DNA from: a virus
Lineage: Duplodnaviria > Caudoviricetes
Length of the DNA: 64,000 bases
Virus record (IMG/VR): IMGVR_UViG_2731957577_000001
Coordinates: 134,000-197,999 of that record
Reading direction: 5' to 3' (one strand)
A program made the translations under genes and the position numbers. A model generated the notes under the pieces. The model saw only the letters and a program-made list of their open reading frames with translations, was not told the origin of the DNA and searched no databases. Shown here piece after piece: positions 58,168 through 64,000 of the stretch. Numbering within the stretch: the stretch's first letter is position 1; each line of letters opens with the position of its first letter.

Positions 58168-58769
58168 TGCCGCTACGTGTGACCAACGAGTATCTGGACA
58201 CTCGACTTCGATCGGACAAACCGATCACGGTGCTTGGCTTTATCGATGAACTGAAGCGCATGTGGGAGGCTGCTGGGAAGAAAGGCAAGATCGTGCGAAA
58301 AACGCCGTTTTCCGACGATGCCGAGTTCCCCGTGATTACGTTCCACATGCTCCGGCGGCTTATTAGCCAGCAGTACAAAGACGTCAAGCCGCGCTACCGG
58401 GACACGATCGAACATCCCTATATCCCTGGCGAGCTGATTGAGCTGAGGGGCCAGATGTTCGAGGTTTGGCTCCAGTTCACCGTCTACTCGCAGTCTCAAG
58501 AAGAGGCGGATGAACTCGTCGAGGAACTGGATGACTTTCTGAATACCTACGCCGGTTACTTCAAACGGATGGGGGTTCATGAGATCCGGTTCTTTGCCCA
58601 AGAAACCGATGATGTGGACACGTCCTACCGCTTTCCGTTGGCGGTTAGGCCTGTTCAATACACGTTCTACTTCGAGAAGATCACACCCGTCTTCTTGAAT
58701 CGCATTGCACAAATTGCAGTTCAAGCCAAAGTTCATCATTCCCCAGATGAACTACAAGAGAAGGAGTGA
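58164..58769 (+). CDS. Tail terminator/completion protein
   Basis: P.IT...RR, KPR.R, QF.VY....EADEL; just before sheath. Confidence 0.65.
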   Translation: MMPLRVTNEYLDTRLRSDKPITVLGFIDELKRMWEAAGKKGKIVRKTPFSDDAEFPVITFHMLRRLISQQYKDVKPRYRDTIEHPYIPGELIELRGQMFEVWLQFTVYSQSQEEADELVEELDDFLNTYAGYFKRMGVHEIRFFAQETDDVDTSYRFPLAVRPVQYTFYFEKITPVFLNRIAQIAVQAKVHHSPDELQEKE

Positions 58770-58777
58770 ATCTCAGT

Positions 58778-61576
58778 ATGGCAACCACGTCTACGAACCC
58801 GTTGGACCAGTTTCCGAACCTGCCTGGTGTGAAGGTCACGTATGAAGACGGAAATCTGCTTTCCGGTACGGTCACTCAGGCGAATACGGGATCCGTGCTT
58901 GTCATCGGTACAGCGGTGGACGGTCCGGTTGGACAACCCGTTTCCGTGAACACCATTGGTGGGGTCAAAGTCGCTGACAAACTGTTTGGTGGGATCCTGG
59001 ACCGGAAGACCAAGCTGCCCAATGGCGCGAGCCTCATTCGGGCCATGTATGAACTGGATCAGATGGGATGTGAGGACATCCGCTTGCTGCGGATTAACGG
59101 ACGCTACGCCTATACGGAACTGAAGGCGCAGGACATTGCTCGCACCTTTGATCAGTTCCTGGATTATGCGGCCGGCAACACGGCGTTCTCGGTGGATCTG
59201 AATATCCCCGATGGCAGTCAGTTCGTTCAGGTCACGAAGGTGGAGCAGCTTGAGGGCGATGGGACTACGCTGACGATGAATCTGGCCGATGTGATGGACT
59301 ACACCGATAGCTCCAAGAACCCGGTCAAAGTGTTCTTCTTGGCCAACAAGATGCGTCCTGGCAATGAGGTCAAAGTCAGCTACGATGTCGAGAATCGGAC
59401 CTATACGCTGGTTCCGAGGTCGGATACGAATGGCGTGCCGGATTACAGCGATCCGGACTACACCCTGACGCGTGATACGACCAACAACCACTATTTCTAT
59501 AGCTCGAAAAAGAACTGGTCGAACCAGCTCATCTCCGGGCATATTCCTGTGGTGACGGTCATCGACAACAACACGAGCCAGGTCTACACGGTTTCTTCCG
59601 TGCTGCCGGACGGAACCTTCCTGTACCGTGTCGGTAACGGTGCCACGCCGGATCCGCTGCACGATCCTTGGTCTGCGGCCGATTACCAGCAAGGCGGTAT
59701 CTTCTTCACCTCGGCGTATGATGATCAGGTGAAGGCAGGTGCCTATCCGGACATCACCGGGAACGTCACCGTCCACTGTGAGTACGCTTGGTACACCTCC
59801 TCGATGGCTTCTGAATCCGCGACACAGACGATCCCCGGCACGGCTTCGACCTATACGCTGGATCGCACCCCGTTGTCCGATGACTTTAATGTCTACTACC
59901 TGGACGGCAACAACAACAAGGTCCTGTTGCAAGCCGGGAAGGATTACGGCTTTAGCGCTCTGGATCGGACCGTGACCGTCAATGCGGGTGCCGCTCCGGT
60001 TGGTGTTCGCTTGTATGCGTCGTATAAGACCATGCAGCAGACGGCGGACAGCCCGAAACTGATGGTCAAGGGTAAGTATCCGGGTTCGGTCTATGGCCGG
60101 TTGGTGGATCCCTACGACCAGAAAAGCATCACCGGCGTGCAGATCGAAGTCCAGGTCGACACCGATCCCCGGAATGTGACCGGCAACGACAAGGTGATCA
60201 TCATCACCAAGCCGGACGAGAAGCGCACCTCCTATAAGGATATTCAGATCATCTATCGGACTCTGGACATGCCCAACATCCGGACATTGCGTGAGTTCGT
60301 GAACTACGTGAATAACGACGCTCGCAACAATGTTGTGACGCTCGAATGTCCGAATGAATTTGGAGATATTCCGGTTCAAGGTCTCTTGCCGACGAACGGT
60401 CCCATCTTCTTGGGGCAAGAATCCCCCGGCGTGATGCATGAAGATCCGTCTTACGGTCCCACGGATCCGGCCCGGTTTACATGGTTGGGTGATGATGGAC
60501 TGTTTGACGTGACGAACCAGGAGGATATGCAGCGTCTGTATGAAATCCTCGGCGGCAAGTACGAGGTCGACGAGAACGGCGATGCGACACTTGTTCAAGA
60601 AGGCATCTACAGCCTGCTTCAGAACTATGTCGTCGACGAGATCCTCTTGGTGGATGCGTACGCCAATACCCTGATTGATCCGGCCGATACGTCCAAGAAC
60701 TTTGCCACACAGTTGGCTCAGCACTGCGCCGTTGTGACCGCAAAGACTTGGGAGACGATCGGTGTCATCGGGGTGGCTCCGGCGCCGAATGCGGACTTGC
60801 TCAGTGTTCAGGAATACGTGAACTTCCTGAGCGGACAGGTGCAACCGACCCAAGATGACCGCGACCGGTATGCGCAGTACGGCATCAACCTCGACTTCAA
60901 CAACGAGCATTACCTCTATGACGAAGGAACTGGCGACATCATCCTCAGTGACTCCGGCGAACCGCTCGATGTCGGCCGTTACGTCCAGGTGGTGTTTGGT
61001 CCAGAGGTTGGCTTGACCAACCAGTACCTCGGCAACTATGTCACGAACGGTGCTTCGCTGTATGCGGCTCTGATTTCGAAGTTGCCGATTGAACAGTCCA
61101 CGACCAACCAGCCGATCGACACCATCCAGGGGCTGCGCTATGACCTCTCTGAAGCGCAGCACAACCTGCTCTCTGGCGCACGCTACGTGGCGTTCCAGAA
61201 GAAGCAGAACATCAGCACCAATGGCTTGACCTCGAGCTTTGTGGTGAAGGATGGCGTCACGGCGGCCCTGGCGACCTCCGACTACAATCGCCTCTCGACC
61301 CTCCGGATTGTCCATGCCGCGGTGCAGATGGTGCGTAAGCAGGCAGATCCGTTCATCGGCTTGCCGAATGGTCTGGCGCAACAGAATGCGCTCAGTGCCG
61401 AGATCCAGGCCGGACTCGATGCGCTCAAGTCGGCCGGTGTCCTGCAGGCCTTCTCGTTCACCATCTACAGCTCCGTACAGGACGATGTCCTCGGCAATGC
61501 CTTTATCACCCTCGAACTTGTGCCGCAGTTTGAGACCCGCCGGATTAACACTTCCGTGGTTCTCCGAGCTGCGTAA
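58778..61576 (+). CDS. Tail sheath protein
   Basis: LPGV.V...DG, IGTA.DGP...PV; C-terminal DY..LST.RI...FIG.PN...L.P.FE.R.I. Confidence 0.9.
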   Translation: MATTSTNPLDQFPNLPGVKVTYEDGNLLSGTVTQANTGSVLVIGTAVDGPVGQPVSVNTIGGVKVADKLFGGILDRKTKLPNGASLIRAMYELDQMGCEDIRLLRINGRYAYTELKAQDIARTFDQFLDYAAGNTAFSVDLNIPDGSQFVQVTKVEQLEGDGTTLTMNLADVMDYTDSSKNPVKVFFLANKMRPGNEVKVSYDVENRTYTLVPRSDTNGVPDYSDPDYTLTRDTTNNHYFYSSKKNWSNQLISGHIPVVTVIDNNTSQVYTVSSVLPDGTFLYRVGNGATPDPLHDPWSAADYQQGGIFFTSAYDDQVKAGAYPDITGNVTVHCEYAWYTSSMASESATQTIPGTASTYTLDRTPLSDDFNVYYLDGNNNKVLLQAGKDYGFSALDRTVTVNAGAAPVGVRLYASYKTMQQTADSPKLMVKGKYPGSVYGRLVDPYDQKSITGVQIEVQVDTDPRNVTGNDKVIIITKPDEKRTSYKDIQIIYRTLDMPNIRTLREFVNYVNNDARNNVVTLECPNEFGDIPVQGLLPTNGPIFLGQESPGVMHEDPSYGPTDPARFTWLGDDGLFDVTNQEDMQRLYEILGGKYEVDENGDATLVQEGIYSLLQNYVVDEILLVDAYANTLIDPADTSKNFATQLAQHCAVVTAKTWETIGVIGVAPAPNADLLSVQEYVNFLSGQVQPTQDDRDRYAQYGINLDFNNEHYLYDEGTGDIILSDSGEPLDVGRYVQVVFGPEVGLTNQYLGNYVTNGASLYAALISKLPIEQSTTNQPIDTIQGLRYDLSEAQHNLLSGARYVAFQKKQNISTNGLTSSFVVKDGVTAALATSDYNRLSTLRIVHAAVQMVRKQADPFIGLPNGLAQQNALSAEIQAGLDALKSAGVLQAFSFTIYSSVQDDVLGNAFITLELVPQFETRRINTSVVLRAA

Positions 61577-61643
61577 TGTCCTTTGCAAACCGGGGGTCGA
61601 CATGACCCCCGTCCATTCTTGAACAGATAAGGAGTGAGTGTGT

Positions 61644-62363
61644 ATGGCAGCTCCGAATATGGAGGAATACATTCGCACATTCAGTTCGTTCTCGGGCGCC
61701 GACATTGTTGCGACGTTCAATGGTCGCGTCATTGGCGAGCTGCAGGCCATTTCCTACAGCGTGACTCGCGAAGTCGCCCCGATCTACACGATGGGATCTC
61801 CGGATCCTCGGAGCTTTAGCCGAGGCAAACGAGGCATCTCTGGAACTCTGATTTTCACGACGTTTGACCGTGACGCTCTGATGGCCGAGATGACCAAGGA
61901 TTATTCTGGGGCGCCGCCGCTTCAGACCTATCAGCAGTTCAAGGCCAATGCCGGACAGATTGAGAATGACTTGCTCAATGGTCTGCGTGCCACACAGGGC
62001 GGCTATGGCATTGTGTCCTGGGACGAGCAAATGACTCGACTTGGTTATGGTTTGGCTGGCAACAGCTTCAATGCCGACAACCTGACTGGGTTCTACGTAC
62101 CTGAGTATGCCGACCAGCTGATGCCGTTTAATATCTCGATCACCGCAGCCAATGAATTCGGCCAGCGTGCCGGGATGGAGATCTACGGCGTCCAGATTCT
62201 CAATGAAGGGTCTGGCTTCTCGGTCGATGACGTCGTGACGGCGAAGGCCTACACGTTTGTGGCCCGCAAGGTGACCCAGCTCACGCCGAAGGAAAACCTG
62301 CGGAGTCAGGGTTCCGCTAGCCCGACCCCGTCGGCCGGCGACTTGTTCGGTTTCCGTCTGTAA
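61644..62363 (+). CDS. Tail tube protein
   Basis: SFSGADI, GELQ.ISYS..RE..PIY..G..DPRSFSRGKRGI.GTL.F..FD; follows sheath. Confidence 0.85.
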   Translation: MAAPNMEEYIRTFSSFSGADIVATFNGRVIGELQAISYSVTREVAPIYTMGSPDPRSFSRGKRGISGTLIFTTFDRDALMAEMTKDYSGAPPLQTYQQFKANAGQIENDLLNGLRATQGGYGIVSWDEQMTRLGYGLAGNSFNADNLTGFYVPEYADQLMPFNISITAANEFGQRAGMEIYGVQILNEGSGFSVDDVVTAKAYTFVARKVTQLTPKENLRSQGSASPTPSAGDLFGFRL

Positions 62364-62434
62364 TCCACCAAGCCAATGTGAAGGGCAGCAAGTGGGCTGC
62401 CCTTTTGTACATAAGGGGCAAGGAGGGGAGTGCG

Positions 62435-62917
62435 GTGAGCAAGCACTTTGGTGGATACTCAAGGACCTTTACGTCCTATTCAGGCGCAGACATGGTGGCC
62501 TCCATCACGGTTCCGGGACAGGGGCCCGTGGTGTTTGGTGAACTTCGATCGATCTCCTATTCCGTCTATCGAGAGAAGTATCCGGTTCGCGCTCTGGGAC
62601 GCGTGAGTATGAAAGGCTACACGCGCGGCATGCGGACCATCAGCGGCATCATGTCCTTTATGGTGTTCGATGAAACCATTGTATACCGCTGCATGGAAGC
62701 GATCCGGGACCAGGGTTACAAGATTCTGATGGACGAGTTACCCATGTTTGATGTCACGATTTCGTCCATGAACGAGTTCGGAGACAAGAGCCGCCTGACC
62801 ATCTATGGCATCTCTACCTACATGGAAGGGCAGGCGATGACGATTGACCAGATCTACACCGAGAATGCGTTCCAATTCTATGCGCTGGACATCGATCCAT
62901 TGACCCGCGTGGAGTAA
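62435..62917 (+). CDS. Tail tube-like paralogue
   Basis: SYSGAD, GEL..ISYS..RE..P, RG.R.ISG, LP.FD.TI...NEFG. Confidence 0.8.
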   Translation: MSKHFGGYSRTFTSYSGADMVASITVPGQGPVVFGELRSISYSVYREKYPVRALGRVSMKGYTRGMRTISGIMSFMVFDETIVYRCMEAIRDQGYKILMDELPMFDVTISSMNEFGDKSRLTIYGISTYMEGQAMTIDQIYTENAFQFYALDIDPLTRVE

Positions 62918-62929
62918 GGAGGTGTCTCA

Positions 62930-63697
62930 ATGGGAAACTTTGTATACGTCAAGAAGCCGGCGCCGGTCGGAAACTTGTATCAGCGCCCAGAGATCCATAC
63001 GGAGTACCAGATCTTCTCGGAAGACTATTTCTCCTATGCCGACGTCAACATCTACTTTGGAGATATCTGGGTCGATGAGGCGACGAGCTTCTCCTTTGTC
63101 TTGCAGGAAGAGGTCCTGCCGATCTACGGGTATCACTCCTATACCTTTGACACCATTGCCCGAGGGCGACGCATTGTTTCAGGCACCTTCAGTATTAACT
63201 TCAAGCAGACCGGCTACTTGCAAGCGATCCTGGAGAATGCCCTGGCGATTCAATATGCCGTCGACCAAGCCAAACAAAACGGAAAGATTCCGCAGGATTA
63301 TTTCTCGAAGCACACTTTAGATGAGTTCTTGCAGGAGAACGACTATGAGAGCTTCGACCAGTTGGCCACGCAGTTCGAGGACGCTCTATGGGGGACGGCA
63401 CCGGATAAGAATAATCTCTTATCGCCACTCGATGGACCCTATTTCCGATCGGACGCGTTTGGCTTTGACATCAAGATCAACTATGGCGCGGTGAGCGAAG
63501 CGATGGACCCCAACCGAAAGCCGTACTTCACGGCGATACGGCATGCCCCCAAAGCCAACATTACGGTGGAGACGGTCAATGGAGTACAGATCGTCTCGTA
63601 CCAAAAGGAAATGTCCACGGCTCAGGAAGGCATGCCAATCCAGGAGGTTTATAGCTTTGTGGCACGGGATGTCAACGGACCTTTATACGTCCGATAG
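62930..63697 (+). CDS. Tail tube-like/baseplate hub paralogue
   Basis: FS.AD, PIYGY.S.TFD..A.G.RIV.G.F.INF, E.Y.F.ARD. Confidence 0.75.
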   Translation: MGNFVYVKKPAPVGNLYQRPEIHTEYQIFSEDYFSYADVNIYFGDIWVDEATSFSFVLQEEVLPIYGYHSYTFDTIARGRRIVSGTFSINFKQTGYLQAILENALAIQYAVDQAKQNGKIPQDYFSKHTLDEFLQENDYESFDQLATQFEDALWGTAPDKNNLLSPLDGPYFRSDAFGFDIKINYGAVSEAMDPNRKPYFTAIRHAPKANITVETVNGVQIVSYQKEMSTAQEGMPIQEVYSFVARDVNGPLYVR

Positions 63698-63747
63698 CCA
63701 ATGATATAATCATCCATGAAATGCATTACACAGGAGGGAAAGTGACG

Positions 63748-64000
63748 ATGGATGAGCTAAAGGAACAGGAGCGAGTTTCAGAAGATCAAGAACCCGAATT
63801 GCAGTATGGATATACGAAAGAAGAGTTGGAGGCGCCTGTCTTTGAAGGCGGCCCCACACGTCTTGAAGTGGAGCAGTGGAAGGAAAAGTACGGAGCGATC
63901 TACTTCACACCCTTTGAGGATGAGGTCTTTATCTGGCGAACCCTGACCCGGCCGCGATACCGACAGATGATTCAAGACAAAGACCTGACCACCATGGACC
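63748..64000 (+). CDS. Probable tail assembly chaperone (truncated by window end)
   Basis: AGGAGG SD; GGPT..E.E.WK.KYG.IY....FIWRTL.R; own promoter and operator at 63702-63730. Confidence 0.65.
   Translation, partial: MDELKEQERVSEDQEPELQYGYTKEELEAPVFEGGPTRLEVEQWKEKYGAIYFTPFEDEVFIWRTLTRPRYRQMIQDKDLTTMD

Larger units (their letters stand above)
1..64000. mobile_element. Segment of a large myovirus-type prophage or phage-plasmid (both ends outside the window)
   Basis: Terminase, portal, capsid, sheath and tube genes, plus endolysin, tRNAs, phage-type RNA polymerase and ParM; no host housekeeping operons; IS3 insertion implies intracellular residence. Confidence 0.9.

Noticed and set aside
58736-61750. 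1004-aa minus-strand ORF antisense to the sheath (also 37957..39657 and 45098..46198)
   Set aside because: Same antisense-shadow artefact in strongly biased genes

Overview
This window is a 64-kb slice of a large, probably temperate, contractile-tailed phage or phage-plasmid of a Bacillota host (AGGAGG ribosome-binding sites, sigma-A-type promoters, a resident IS3 element). 1-25.4 kb is mostly minus strand and holds early/replication/accessory genes: a DnaE-like OB-fold protein, a 3D-domain wall hydrolase, a PRTRC-type ubiquitin-like module (E1/ThiF, Ubl, E2-D), an SNF2-like helicase, one intact and one catalytically dead RNase HI, a SLOG protein, a RocS/TubY/pSK1-Par-like protein behind a 43-bp-phased repeat array, a LysM protein, SSB, an array of small paralogues interrupted by the IS3, and a ~1050-aa cellular-RdRP-family (YonO-like) polymerase. 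The polymerase operon is preceded by a pseudoknotted structured RNA and followed by 35-bp repeats. 25.7-34.2 kb (plus strand) has a DEDDh exonuclease, a metallophosphatase, small ORFs, tRNA-Asn and tRNA-Thr, a GH25 endolysin and a ParM/ParR-like pair. 34.3-64 kb is the virion module: terminase subunits, glycine-zipper membrane proteins, a portal-MuF fusion, protease/scaffold, capsid, Ig-like and neck proteins, two sheath paralogues and three tube-like paralogues. A 14-bp pseudo-palindrome (ideal TGTAATGCATTACA) recurs 12 times, mostly at promoters. All family assignments come from motif recognition by eye; no database searches were run.
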